The notes under the pieces were generated by a model. The model had not been told where the DNA came from, did no database searches, and saw only the letters and a program-made list of their open reading frames with translations. DNA of 64,000 nt from an uncultured virus (IMG/VR IMGVR_UViG_3300037467_002622) (Duplodnaviria > Heunggongvirae > Uroviricota > Caudoviricetes): IMG/VR virus record IMGVR_UViG_3300037467_002622, one strand, 5' to 3'. The position numbers and the translations under genes were made by a program. Of the stretch, positions 10,201 to 20,340 are shown piece after piece; the stretch's first letter is position 1; each line of letters starts with the position of its first letter.

Positions 10201-10695
10201 TCGACAAGGACCTGCTGCTGGTTGAGGCCGAGAAGGCACGCGATCTGCTGGCCTACAGCGTCTCGCTCGGTGAGCGCCCGCAAGACGCCGAGGTGATCGG
10301 CGATATCTACATCAGCCGCCTGAGCAGCGAAAACGGCTTCCAGGGCACGATCGCAGAGACCGTGGACGGGGTGCGGCTGTTGTCCCGGGTCAAGGACATC
10401 TTCATGGCCGCCGCGCTGAACTGCGGCGTTTACGACCAGGTGCAGATCGAGCTGTTCGGCCAGTACGCCTACCGGATGCAGTGGCCTCCGGAGGCCTGAG
10501 GAAGGGAGAGCACGAGATGAGCACTACGAAGACCGAGGCGCCGCCTTCGATGGCGGAAGTCCTCGGCGCCGCGCAGGCGGTGAAGGACCGGCTGATCAAC
10601 GTCATGCCGTGTCCGCGTGATGTCTTCGACGACAAGGACCAGTACCACGTGGACCGGCACTACGTGATCTCGAACCTGTACCTCTCCGGGATCGA

Positions 10696-11520
10696 CGGGA
10701 CCTGCATCGAGGCGGCGGTCCCGGCCGACGACTGCGGCTGGGCCCACACGGATCTGGCCCAGGAGGTCCTCACGACCGCATCGGTGGACGTGGATCTGGA
10801 CGGGACCGTGACCCAGGCCAGTCCCGAGCGGTTCCAGCTGCGCTGGTCCGGGACCGTCGAGTGAGCGCGGGACCGAACCTGGGTCTGGCGCCCAGCGTGG
10901 GACACCTCATCACGGAACTGGGCGCGGTCCGAGACACCATCCGGGACCAGAGCGAATCCCCGTTCCTGCGGGACACCCTGGGTCAGGTGACCTTCGAGGA
11001 GCACCGGGACCCGCGCGGGATCATGGCGTGGATCTGGGGCCGCAAGATCGGGAGCATCATGGAGGAGACCGCCGGTCCCGAGATCACCCGCATCCTGGCC
11101 GAGACCCACAGCCAGTACGGCATCCCGGGCGCCGTCCAGGCGTACGGCAGCGGCCGCTGGCTGTTCCGCTGGGACGACCAGGGTTAGTCACTCAACGTCA
11201 TCCGAGAGCCCCCGGGAGACCGTGCCGGGGGCTCTCACGCGATCATGGTCCGGACCGAGACGGCCCGAGACCCCCAGGACAGCCCCTGAGAGTTTCCGCA
11301 GGTCAGTGACCTGGGCAAACTTGATCAATCTCGCTTTCTCGCAGCTTCCGCGCCTGCGCGTGTTACGCATGACGTGAGACGCGCGACATGAGACGCGCAG
11401 CGCCTCCGAGTGCACACGCAGCGCGAGCGCAAGCAGTACGTACGTACGTGTTCGCAGGTGCGTGAGGAGGCGTTTGCGCAGGTCAGGCACGTGCTAAGGT
11501 GATGGCGTCCGGCTGCGAGC
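10696..11520. repeat. Cluster of CGGGAC(C/A)/GAGAC short repeats and alternating purine-pyrimidine tract; candidate TraB clt locus
   Basis: CGGGACC at 10696, 10801, 10849, 10868, 10942, 11005; non-coding 11188-11580 directly downstream of traB-like gene. Confidence 0.4.
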
Positions 11521-11534
11521 CTGACTCATCCACA

Positions 11535-11568
11535 ACGAAGGCCCCCGACGTCCACCGGGGGCCTTCGT
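11535..11568. terminator. Hairpin terminator downstream of traB-like gene
   Basis: ACGAAGGCCCCCG..CGGGGGCCTTCGT. Confidence 0.75.
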
Positions 11569-11581
11569 CTGTTTCCGCAGG

Positions 11582-13639
11582 TCAGCGCATGGCCTCGCCC
11601 TGGATGCTGGCGATGACCACCGGCCCCTCCGTCTCCGTGCGGGGCTCGGGCACCGGCATGGGCGCCGTCACCGGCGCGGCCTTCCAGACGCCCTCGCCGC
11701 CGCCGTTGCGGATGACCAGCCCCATGCCCTCCAGCTTCTCCAGGTGGCGGTAGATCGTTGCCCGGCTGGTACCGGGACCGGACCCGCCGCTCTCCTCCTT
11801 GGCCCGGGTCAGGACGTCGGAGATGGTCTCCACCTTCGCGCCCTCGGGGGCCTCGACCCGGAGGTACTCCAGGACCGCGTACTCGGGACCGAAGGTCTCC
11901 TCCGAGACCACCTCGGCGTCGATGACCTCCGGCGCGGTCTCGCCGGTGAGGATGGCCCACGCCGACGGTTCCAGGTAGACCTCGCGGTACCCGTTCGGCG
12001 CCACCTTCTTGACGAGGTCCCGGCGGTCCTTGTTCTCGACCCAGAAGCCCTTGCCCGGGTCCGGGGTCCCGTGCTCGTCGTCCTTCAGGAGGAACTGGCC
12101 GTCCCGCAGCGCCGTCGAGTTCCAGCCCCGGTGCATGTCGTTCTGCCAGAGGTTCTTCGACTGCTGCGGGTCCAGGCTCAGACCCACGATCGCGCGCAGC
12201 TGGGCCTGCATCTCCTTCGAGCCCAGGTCCGCCTTGGTCCCGTTCTGGCTCGCGATGATGATCCGGACGCCGCACTTGCGCGCCTTCTTCGCGATCCGGG
12301 AGAGCAGGTTGACCACGTAGGTGAGGTAGTTGCCGCCGCCGTCCTCGGCCGGACGCTTGGTGTCCTTGGCCTCGGCCAGCAGGTCGGGGAACTCGTCGAT
12401 CACGAGGATCAGCCACGGGTGCTTGCGGTCCGGCTCGAAGCTGTCCGCCGCGTCGTCGTCGTCCTCCGAGGCCAGGCCCAGGCGGGCCTCGCGGTCCCGG
12501 ATCACGCCGAAGACGCGCTCCAGGATGATGATCGCCGCGTCGAGGTCCTCGGCCAGCGGCAGCGCCAGCGTCTTGCGCCAGACGCCCAGCGTCGCCCCGG
12601 CGGCCATGTCGATGCCGACCACCACGACGTCGCAGAAGCTGACCAGCCAGGTCATCAGCGAGTGCAGCCAGCCCGACTTGCCCGAGCCGGACGCGCCGAC
12701 CACCAGCGTGTGCTGGAGCTGGTACATGATCCGTTCGCCGTGGGCGTACAGGCCCATGGCGAACCGCTTGCCCAGCGAACGCAGGCTGGTCTGGCCCGGC
12801 TTGATGTCCCCGCCCGCGAAGACCGGGTGCGCGATCTTCCCGCTCCAGGGGTCCTTTGGCAGGAAGGTCATGATCACGTTCCGGGCCTGGTCCGCGTCCG
12901 GCGCGATGAACACCGAGGACGGCCGCATGGCGAAGAAGCTCGCCAGCGCGTCACGCAGGTGCGAGACGGAGTCCACGGTGTGGCCCTCGCCGAGCCGGAT
13001 CTTCAGTACCGAGGTCTTGCCGAACGCGCGGGCGTCCACCACCTTCGAGCCGACCAGCGGCACGAGCCGGGGCGGACAGGTCTCCTTGTCGGCGAGCTTC
13101 GGCCACTTACGCGCGAAGCGGTCCGCCCGCCCCGCGACCCGCACCCGGCGGTGGTACCACCAGGCACCGCCGAAGACCGCCACGCCGATCTGCCACAGCC
13201 AGCCGGACAGGTCGCTCGGGCCGTCCACGATCCGCAGGATCATGTAGGTGCCGATGTAGGCCATCAGGGTGCCGAAGTAGACCCGCTCGGTGACCCGGTC
13301 GAGCACCCCGTCCTTGCCCTTGTCGAGCCCGTTGGGCACGAGCGCCATCACGATGCGGGACCAGCGGTCCGACAGCTTCGGGCCGAAGATCGCCAGCAGC
13401 ACGCCGCCGACCGGCACGGTGAGCACGACCGGCCACCACTCCGGGATCTGCCAGCGCCAGATGACGCAGGTGAGGAAGATCAGGAAGCCGAACCAGAGCG
13501 GGGTGAGCGCACGGCGCCAGCGGAACATCAGCTTGCGCCCGCGCTTCCACCCCCGCCCGACTCCCTCGGCCACGAGGACGCCGCCAGCGGTGCCCAGCAT
13601 CTCCTTGATGATCCCCTTGGACTCCTTGCCGCCGCTCAC
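11582..13639 (-). CDS. traB: FtsK/SpoIIIE-family DNA translocase, TraB-like (685 aa)
   Basis: N-terminal TM helices, Walker A GASGSGKS, Walker B ILVIDE, C-terminal wHTH (SRATIYRHL); GTG start with AGGAGGAG RBS. Confidence 0.85.
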   Translation of the reverse strand: MSGGKESKGIIKEMLGTAGGVLVAEGVGRGWKRGRKLMFRWRRALTPLWFGFLIFLTCVIWRWQIPEWWPVVLTVPVGGVLLAIFGPKLSDRWSRIVMALVPNGLDKGKDGVLDRVTERVYFGTLMAYIGTYMILRIVDGPSDLSGWLWQIGVAVFGGAWWYHRRVRVAGRADRFARKWPKLADKETCPPRLVPLVGSKVVDARAFGKTSVLKIRLGEGHTVDSVSHLRDALASFFAMRPSSVFIAPDADQARNVIMTFLPKDPWSGKIAHPVFAGGDIKPGQTSLRSLGKRFAMGLYAHGERIMYQLQHTLVVGASGSGKSGWLHSLMTWLVSFCDVVVVGIDMAAGATLGVWRKTLALPLAEDLDAAIIILERVFGVIRDREARLGLASEDDDDAADSFEPDRKHPWLILVIDEFPDLLAEAKDTKRPAEDGGGNYLTYVVNLLSRIAKKARKCGVRIIIASQNGTKADLGSKEMQAQLRAIVGLSLDPQQSKNLWQNDMHRGWNSTALRDGQFLLKDDEHGTPDPGKGFWVENKDRRDLVKKVAPNGYREVYLEPSAWAILTGETAPEVIDAEVVSEETFGPEYAVLEYLRVEAPEGAKVETISDVLTRAKEESGGSGPGTSRATIYRHLEKLEGMGLVIRNGGGEGVWKAAPVTAPMPVPEPRTETEGPVVIASIQGEAMR

Positions 13640-14487
13640 GACTCCTCCTTCTTCAGCAGCTCGGTGATCTTGTTCCAGCGCGGGGCCCCGACGGAGAACC
13701 GCTGCATCACGCCCCGCTTGGTGAGGTCGGGGTTCTCGCCCCGCTCGATCTCCGCACGGAGCACCGCGACGATCTCCTCGTCGCTCTGCCCGGACTTCCG
13801 GCGCGCGGGCGCCTTCGGGCCGGTCTTGAGCGCCGCCGAGACGCGGTGCCCATTGCGCTGGGTCGGGACCGGCCCGAGCAGCGAGTCCTGCATCTGGCGG
13901 CTGTCCCAGTCGTTCTCCGCCCGCTGGTTCTGCTCGCCGACCACCTGGGCCAGGTCCGGCTGCGGCGGCTCGAAGGCGGTCTTCGGGACCGTGATGTTCT
14001 TGGCGATCTTCGGGAGAGGCTCGGTCGCCCGGCTCTGCTCGACGTCGCGCATGGCCACCACCGCCGTCGACCCCACCACCATCGCGTAGCCGGAGATGAC
14101 CATGAGGCCGTCGATGACCAGCGGGCCCACGCCCGCGCTCAGGCCCGGGTAGTTCCAGAACAGCAGGACATCCCGGATGTGCTGGTAGGAGATCGTGGCC
14201 GCGAAGAGCGCCACGCCGCACACCGCGCCGTAGGTCAGCAGGCGAGTGATCAGCTTCTGCCACCACGCGGCGTGCGTCAGCAGCGGCCACGCGGTCCGGG
14301 ACAGCACCTCGACGGCGATCAGCAGCGCGACCGGCCAGACACCGGCACCGAACTGGCTCGCCAGCGTCGGCGACCAGTCCGGACCCGCGCCCTTGGGCGG
14401 GACCCAGACCGCGAGGATGTTGCCGCCGATCGAGACGAGCGAGCCGAAGACGAAGCCCACCCAGGCGACCAGCCGGGCGCTGTTCAT
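13636..14487 (-). CDS. DUF2637/Spd-like membrane protein with C-terminal HTH-like segment
   Basis: WPVALL..E, FAATISYQHIRD, GPLVIDGL; about 4 TM helices; coupled to traB. Confidence 0.75.
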   Translation of the reverse strand: MNSARLVAWVGFVFGSLVSIGGNILAVWVPPKGAGPDWSPTLASQFGAGVWPVALLIAVEVLSRTAWPLLTHAAWWQKLITRLLTYGAVCGVALFAATISYQHIRDVLLFWNYPGLSAGVGPLVIDGLMVISGYAMVVGSTAVVAMRDVEQSRATEPLPKIAKNITVPKTAFEPPQPDLAQVVGEQNQRAENDWDSRQMQDSLLGPVPTQRNGHRVSAALKTGPKAPARRKSGQSDEEIVAVLRAEIERGENPDLTKRGVMQRFSVGAPRWNKITELLKKEES

Positions 14488-14753
14488 CAGATGCCGCCTT
14501 CCATCACGTTGTTGGCCACGCCGTTCCAGTCCTTCTCCTGCTTCCGCCGTCGCCGCACCTCGCGCAGGCACATCCACGCGAAGTACAGGCAGATCAGCAC
14601 GATCAGCGGCCACCAGTTCCCGGTCGCCGCCAGCACGACCCCGGTGCCGAGCGCGCCGATGGCGACCTTGGCCCGCAGGCTCATGCCCTCGTGGACCTCG
14701 GTCACCTCGCCCTCGTAACTCGGGGTCTCGTCACGCTCAGGGTCGTAAGTCAT
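14487..14753 (-). CDS. small 2-TM membrane protein (Spd-like)
   Basis: MTYDPER... two hydrophobic helices plus basic tail; first gene of transfer operon. Confidence 0.7.
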   Translation of the reverse strand: MTYDPERDETPSYEGEVTEVHEGMSLRAKVAIGALGTGVVLAATGNWWPLIVLICLYFAWMCLREVRRRRKQEKDWNGVANNVMEGGI

Positions 14754-14758
14754 GACCG

Positions 14759-14789
14759 TAGGATACTTGCCCCGTAGGCTACGGGGTAA
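14759..14789 (-). promoter_or_regulatory. Transfer-operon promoter with distinct palindrome
   Basis: Minus strand TTACCC-N18-TATCCT 6 nt before ATG (leaderless); inverted repeat TTGCCCCGTAG-G-CTACGGGGTAA. Confidence 0.6.
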
Positions 14790-14834
14790 CATACCCTGCG
14801 AGAACGGTATTCTGATCCGATCATGGGAGGGCTC

Positions 14835-15272
14835 ATGGCGAAGGCGAAGAAGCGGAAGGGGCCCGGCATCCTGGCGCAGATGGCCAAGGGGTTCGGAGTG
14901 ATCTTCGACGGCTCGGCGGAGTGGATGGCCAAGCACACCGGCGGCAAGCCCTCCAAGCAGCGGCGCGCGAGTCTGGAGTGGACCTCCAAGGCCCAGGGCA
15001 AGGGCGAGAACCTGCCGATGAAGCCCCGGGACGTGAGCTGGTCGCACCAGACGCAGAAGGACAAGGAGATCTGGCGCGCGACCTTCACCCCCGGCGGGCT
15101 GGTGCACGAGTTCGTCACCTGGCCGCCCCGCGACCACGTCGAGGCCGAGGCGATGGCGAAGGAGTCGGTGGTCCAGAAGTACGGCGTGTACGCGCAGAGC
15201 TGGGAACTGGCCGTCGTCGAGCGCGTGGGAATGGCCATCGAGGATGAACTGAGCGAGGACATCAAGGCGTGA
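14835..15272 (+). CDS. hypothetical protein
   Basis: GGAGG RBS, divergent from transfer operon. Confidence 0.7.
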   Translation: MAKAKKRKGPGILAQMAKGFGVIFDGSAEWMAKHTGGKPSKQRRASLEWTSKAQGKGENLPMKPRDVSWSHQTQKDKEIWRATFTPGGLVHEFVTWPPRDHVEAEAMAKESVVQKYGVYAQSWELAVVERVGMAIEDELSEDIKA

Positions 15273-15697
15273 CGCACGAACGCATCGGCCGGTACGCACG
15301 CGGCTATGCGCAGGTGGCCCGAATCCAGGCCACGTTCTCGAAGATCTTGGCTCAGCACGGCATCGATCCGGAGCAAGAGACCTTCGAGGCGGACATCCTG
15401 CTCGACGCCGAGGTGAACCGGCTGGCCAGCAAGCGCGCGGAGAGCGACGGAGTGGACTACGCCGCCGTCGCTCGCGCGCTGCTATTCATGGCCGCCGCCG
15501 AGGCACGGCCGGATCCGCTGTACGACCCGGCGCGGCGCCCGCCGTTCCGCGCCCGCACACCCCGCGCCCGGCTGCGCTTCATCGTGCCGCGCGCGCCGTA
15601 CGACGAGGCGAAGGCGGCCATCCTGGCCAGCCGACGCAGCGTCTCGCACGCGCTCGAAGACGAGCTGCGCATCTACGCCGAGAAGGGATTGGCATGA
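15269..15697 (+). CDS. putative ribbon-helix-helix DNA-binding protein
   Basis: C-terminal RLRFIVPRAPYDEAKAA..SVSHALEDEL beta-alpha-alpha pattern. Confidence 0.5.
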   Translation: MTHERIGRYARGYAQVARIQATFSKILAQHGIDPEQETFEADILLDAEVNRLASKRAESDGVDYAAVARALLFMAAAEARPDPLYDPARRPPFRARTPRARLRFIVPRAPYDEAKAAILASRRSVSHALEDELRIYAEKGLA

Positions 15698-16281
15698 TCA
15701 ATCTGAAAGAGGCCTGGGAGTGGTCCAAGCACTATCGGGAGCAGCGCCGCCGGTGGCGTGAGGCCCAGACCGTCGAGCAATTGGGGCGGCTCGGCGCCGC
15801 CTGGGCGCGGGGCGAGCTGGGAGCGCACCCCTTCGGCTACGACGTGCCGGACCCCGAGACCGAGCCACTGCGGCCGGTACTCGCCCTCGCGAACGAGGCC
15901 GGGTTCTTCACGTACCAGAGCCAGCCCGGTGGCCGGTGGGAAGAGCCGGAGGGGGTGTGGGAGCAGCGCGCGTTCGTCGATGGCTACCTGGCCCGCTCGG
16001 AGCTGCTGCGCTTCCGCGAGTACCTGGAGAGGGCGGGCATGGTCGTGCTCGACAGCATGCCCTGCGACGAGATCCTCACGCGGCTCAACGGCGAGCCGCA
16101 GACCGGCGGCTCCGTAGAGGATCGGGCGGACTCGTGGTTCACCCACATCTCCTCGGCCGCCCGGCGCGACATGGCCGACGCCGCCGACCTGTTCGTCTAC
16201 GACCCGGTCTGGTGCCGCGAGAACACGCTGTGGAGCGCCCTGGAGGCCTGGGGATGCGTGAATCTGCGCGCGGATGCATGA
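15694..16281 (+). CDS. DUF6919-like hypothetical protein
   Basis: DPETEPL..LA.ANEAGFFTYQSQPG..QRAFVDG. Confidence 0.6.
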   Translation: MINLKEAWEWSKHYREQRRRWREAQTVEQLGRLGAAWARGELGAHPFGYDVPDPETEPLRPVLALANEAGFFTYQSQPGGRWEEPEGVWEQRAFVDGYLARSELLRFREYLERAGMVVLDSMPCDEILTRLNGEPQTGGSVEDRADSWFTHISSAARRDMADAADLFVYDPVWCRENTLWSALEAWGCVNLRADA

Positions 16282-16461
16282 AACGTGAACGGAGCAGCTG
16301 ATGCGTGAACCGGACATCGGTACCGAGGTAACCGGCATCGTGCCGGAGACCGGCGATCAGGTCGAGGGCACCTACCTCGGGAGCATCGGCGAGGAGCTGG
16401 CTGTCCTGCTGGTTGGCGACCGGCGTGTGGCAGTGTCCTACGGGTCGCTGGAGGAGCTGGC

Positions 16462-16491
16462 TTGACACTACCCATTCGGGTAGGGTACCGT
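16462..16491 (+). promoter_or_regulatory. Promoter/operator copy 4
   Basis: TTGACA-N18-TACCGT; CTACCCATTCGGGTAG 16468-16483. Confidence 0.8.
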
Positions 16492-16525
16492 CAACCTCGT
16501 CAAGCACCGAGCCGCACCGGAGGCC

Positions 16526-16882
16526 ATGATGACCCGCACCGCGATCCCCGCCAACCAGGCCCGCAGCATCGACCAGCTGGACGGCGAGGGCGCCTACGCC
16601 GAGCTTCCCGAGATCACCCTGACCGGCCCCGTGTGTGGCTCCTGCTCGCAGCGTGAGCGCCGCGTCGAGGGCGACCGCCGGATCCAGGTTCGTCACGCCA
16701 CCGTCGAGCACGTCCGCTACTGCTTCGGCGTGAACTACGACGCCGAGGCCGAGGCCCGCGCGGAAATGCTGGCCGAGCGCCGCACCGAGATGTTCTTCGA
16801 GGGCGCCTTCCGTGAGCCGACCGCCGAGGACATCGAAGAGGACGCCCGCGAGCGCTTCTACCTCAGCCTCCAGGGTCGCTGA
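16526..16882 (+). CDS. hypothetical protein (CxxC..H..C)
   Basis: Follows leader box. Confidence 0.7.
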   Translation: MMTRTAIPANQARSIDQLDGEGAYAELPEITLTGPVCGSCSQRERRVEGDRRIQVRHATVEHVRYCFGVNYDAEAEARAEMLAERRTEMFFEGAFREPTAEDIEEDARERFYLSLQGR

Positions 16883-17197
16883 TCTGCTCCGGCGGGGCGC
16901 CACACCGGCGCCTCGCCCCAACCCGAAGGGAATCGAGATGCTGAACCTCTACTCGATCGAACGCCAGGACCCCGTCGGCTACGACGAGACGGACAAGGCG
17001 ATCATCGCGGCTGCCACGCCGAAGCTCGCCCGCGAGCTGGCGAAGTCGCTCTCGGGCGACCAGTCGCCGGACGTCTGGGCGCACGGGAAGGCGAAGCTCA
17101 GCAAGATCGGCACGGCGGGCCCGCGTGTCAAGCAGGGCGTCATCATGTCGAGCTACTGCGCGGGCTGACCGCTCGCAGATTTCTTCCGCTCCACCCC

Positions 17198-17230
17198 TTG
17201 ACCCACACTACCTAAATGGGTAGTGTGGGT
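17198..17230 (+). promoter_or_regulatory. Promoter/operator copy 5 (ardC)
   Basis: TTGACC-N17-TAGTGT; extended palindrome ACCCACACTACC-TAAATG-GGTAGTGTGGGT. Confidence 0.9.
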
Positions 17231-17267
17231 CTTGTCAGCAAAGACCCCGTCCGCACCGGAGGACACC

Positions 17268-18215
17268 ATGGCCGCCAAGACCACCACCGCCCGCAAGCCC
17301 AAGGTCGACGTCTACGACGCCGTCACCACGAAGATCCTGACCGCGCTGGAGAACGGCACTGCGCCGTGGCAGAAGCCGTGGGACAGCGTGCTCGGCGCGC
17401 CGAAGTCGCTCTCCTCGGGCAAGCACTACCGGGGCGTCAACTCCCTCCTCCTGGGCCTGGAGCAGGCCGAGAAGGGCTACCGCAGCGCGTACTGGTTGAC
17501 CTTCAACCAGATGGCCAAGCTCGGCGGCAAGCTCAAGGGCGAGAAGGGCACCCAGAAGGGCACCCTGGTCACCTTCTGGAAGATGATCCCGATCGAGGAC
17601 GAGGCCACCGGCAAGAAGAAGACCATCCCGTTCCTCAAGCACTTCTACGTGTTCAACCTGGACCAGACCGAGGGCATCGAGAAGCTCCCGAAGGACGCCT
17701 TCCCGGTCGCGCGTCCGATGCCGACGCCCGAGGAGCGCCACGCGGCCGCGCAGGCTGTGGTGGATGGCTGGGCCGCGAAGCCGGTCATCAAGCACGGCGG
17801 CGACTCGGCGCACTTCACCTGGAGCACCGACGAGCTGGCCATGCCGCCGGTGGAGAGCTTCAACGGCCTGGACGAGTACTACGCCACGCTCTTCCACGAG
17901 CTGACCCACTCGACCGCCGCCGAGCACCGCCTGGACCGCGCCGAGAGCCGGAACAACGTCTTCGGCAGCCACGCCTACGGCCGCGAGGAGCTGATCGCCG
18001 AGATGGGCGCCGCGTTCCTCTGCGCCGAGACCGGCATCCAGGCCACCTTCGACAACTCGGCGGCCTACCTGGCCTCCTGGATCCGCACGATCAAGGAGGA
18101 CCCGAAGGCCGTCATCGTGGCCGCCGGGAAGGCCCAGAAGGCCGCCGACATGATCCTCGGCCGCGAGGCGGTCAAGGTCGAGGAGACCGACGAGAAGGCC
18201 ACCACGGCCGCCTGA
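17268..18215 (+). CDS. ardC: ArdC-family antirestriction ssDNA-binding protein with zincin-like domain
   Basis: VT.KI..LE.G.APWQKPW, YRGVN, WLTFNQ, VFNLDQTEG, YYATLFHELTHST, Y.REELIAEMGAAFL, AYLASW. Confidence 0.95.
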   Translation: MAAKTTTARKPKVDVYDAVTTKILTALENGTAPWQKPWDSVLGAPKSLSSGKHYRGVNSLLLGLEQAEKGYRSAYWLTFNQMAKLGGKLKGEKGTQKGTLVTFWKMIPIEDEATGKKKTIPFLKHFYVFNLDQTEGIEKLPKDAFPVARPMPTPEERHAAAQAVVDGWAAKPVIKHGGDSAHFTWSTDELAMPPVESFNGLDEYYATLFHELTHSTAAEHRLDRAESRNNVFGSHAYGREELIAEMGAAFLCAETGIQATFDNSAAYLASWIRTIKEDPKAVIVAAGKAQKAADMILGREAVKVEETDEKATTAA

Positions 18216-18220
18216 GAGCC

Positions 18221-18257
18221 CCGGACGGGGCGGCAATTCTCTTCCCGCCCCGTCCGG
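18221..18257 (+). terminator. Hairpin terminator
   Basis: CCGGACGGGGCGG..CCGCCCCGTCCGG. Confidence 0.65.
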
Positions 18258-18459
18258 CCTATCCCCTGGAGGGACCATGATCAATGGAGTGTGGATCTCC
18301 GCCGACCGCGAAGAGATCGCGTGGCGAGAGGATGCCTTCCTCACGGTCTACAACACCTTCACCTGCCGGGAGAGCACTCCTGACCGCTTGGAGGGTGAGT
18401 GGATCGAGCTGCCGTTGCCGGACAGCCGGTAACTGTCCAGCTTCTGTCCAGTCCCTACC

Positions 18460-18478
18460 CTACCCAATCGGGTAGTAT
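18460..18478 (+). promoter_or_regulatory. Operator copy 6
   Basis: CTACCCAATCGGGTAG with -10 TAGTAT; no clear -35. Confidence 0.75.
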
Positions 18479-19351
18479 GGTGGCATCACCCACCGAGCCC
18501 TGGAGGACCCGATGACGATCGCCCTGGACCACGTCGAGCTGACCAGCGCGGACCAGCCCAGCTACATCTCGGACGAGCACACGATGCTCCGCTACTGGCA
18601 GGCTCAGATCCCGGGCACCGAGCTGTACGCGGTCACCGAGGAGGCCTTCACCAACACCGGCGAGGGCAACTACGTCCACACCACCCAGTTCTTCGTCTGC
18701 GCCCGGCCCGCCAGCGACAGCGGCCCGGCGGGAGACGTCATCGTGCAGGACGACACGAACAGCTACGGCCAGGGTCTGATCGGCGACGCGATCAAGGCAC
18801 TGACCGAGCCGCACACGTGGGACGACGCCCCGCGCCAGCGGATGCTCGCCGAGGCGCTGGACCGCGCCGCGCAGGGCGTCTGACACAGACCCCGGGCTCG
18901 CCCTTCCTCCTCCCCCGGAGGGGCGGGCCCGGCCTTTTCAGCACCAGATGATCAAGGAGGCCCCATGCCCACGAAGATGATCACGATCCAGCCGGAGTTG
19001 CGTGAGGACGGCGTGCTGCCGTACCCGTTCCATGTGCTGGCCGAAGACGTCAAGGAGGTCACGCGCGGCGCGGTCGGCCGCCAGGACTTCTGGCACGGCA
19101 AGCCCGAGCGCCTGGTGGGCTTCGTGCTCGACCCGGAGACCCAGCAGATCGACCTCATGCTCGGGGAGTTCCTGACCGACCCGGCGGCCGCGCGCGGCAT
19201 GCACCCGGTCATGCAAGACAGCAAGGGCGGCTGGGCCACGTACCCGGGTGCGATCGAGAGCATCCAGGCCTGGACGAGCCAGGAGAACGAGGTCACCTTC
19301 CTCGCGGAACCGGAGCCCGTCGCCAGCGAGTAGATCCACCCGCCCAGAGAC

Positions 19352-19384
19352 TTGACCCACACTACCTGAATGGGTAGTGTGGGT
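19352..19384 (+). promoter_or_regulatory. Promoter/operator copy 7
   Basis: TTGACC-N17-TAGTGT; 41/42 nt identical to copy 5. Confidence 0.9.
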
Positions 19385-19418
19385 CTTGTCAGTTCAGAGA
19401 CCGCACCGGAGGTTCCCC

Positions 19419-20057
19419 ATGACGCTCGACACCCGCATCGCCGTCCGCGCCGTCGCTCCCGTGAGCGCCCGCGAGATCTTCATGTACTGCCGGGCCCTGA
19501 TCGATACTCCGGACCACGTCAAGATCGAGGACAAGGTCGAGGACGGCGAGCGCCAGGGACAGAAGAGCCTGTGGCACTCGCCCGGCCTTGGCCTGGACGG
19601 CTGGCTGATCATGTACTACGGCGCCGACGGCCCGATGAACCACGTGTGCAGCAAGTACTGCCCGCGCAAGGTCGGCTTGGCCGAGTGGGACGAGAAGAAG
19701 CGCTACCACGTCACCCAGGACGACATCGACGAGCACCGCGCGGAGATCGGCGAGGACCCGACCGAGAACGGCTGGGCCACCGCCGAGATCTCGATCGACA
19801 CCGGCTACTCGTTCATGAACGATCGGGGCGAGTCCTGCTCGCAGCGGCACGCCCGGTTCGTCTTCGAGCTGGGCCAGTGGCTCGACGGGCTCGGCTGCCA
19901 GTGGAAGTGGAAGAACGAGTACACCGGCGAGTGGCACGACGGGTACGAGGGCTTGGAGGACTTCGGCGGCTTCCACATGAGCGAGGGCGGCCCGGCCGAG
20001 TGGTTCGCCGGGGTCGCACTGCCCGCCATGCGGAAGATGATCGAGGAGGGGCGATGA
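19419..20057 (+). CDS. hypothetical protein
   Basis: Follows leader box. Confidence 0.75.
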   Translation: MTLDTRIAVRAVAPVSAREIFMYCRALIDTPDHVKIEDKVEDGERQGQKSLWHSPGLGLDGWLIMYYGADGPMNHVCSKYCPRKVGLAEWDEKKRYHVTQDDIDEHRAEIGEDPTENGWATAEISIDTGYSFMNDRGESCSQRHARFVFELGQWLDGLGCQWKWKNEYTGEWHDGYEGLEDFGGFHMSEGGPAEWFAGVALPAMRKMIEEGR

Positions 20058-20340
20058 GCTTCCACAACCACACGCCCATGCATGACATCGTGACGCCCAT
20101 CCTGCTGATGGGAACTGAGTATGAGGTGCCGCTCGTGCGCAGGAGTGGCGAGGGGTGGCAGCTCAGGCAGCTCCCCAATAACACCTGCGACGAGTGGATG
20201 CCAGTCACCTTCGCGCCCACCGCTGAGGTACTCGACAAAATGCTCTCGCATGGCGAGATCGCGATCGACGAAGATCAGGTCGTTCGCCTGGTTCCCGGTC
20301 CTTGGGGGTTGGGGAAGGACGGCCGAGCAGGAGGAATCGC

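Noticed and set aside
11744..14089. 781-aa + strand ORF, and similar long antisense ORFs such as 892-2298, 17235-18344 and 50192-51760
   Set aside because: Shadow ORFs opposite real genes, expected from high-GC codon bias; no motifs or RBS
13640..14290. N-terminal 217 aa of the 902-aa ORF
   Set aside because: Overlaps the DUF2637-like gene in another frame and is low-complexity; a GTG with strong RBS at 13639 is the likelier start
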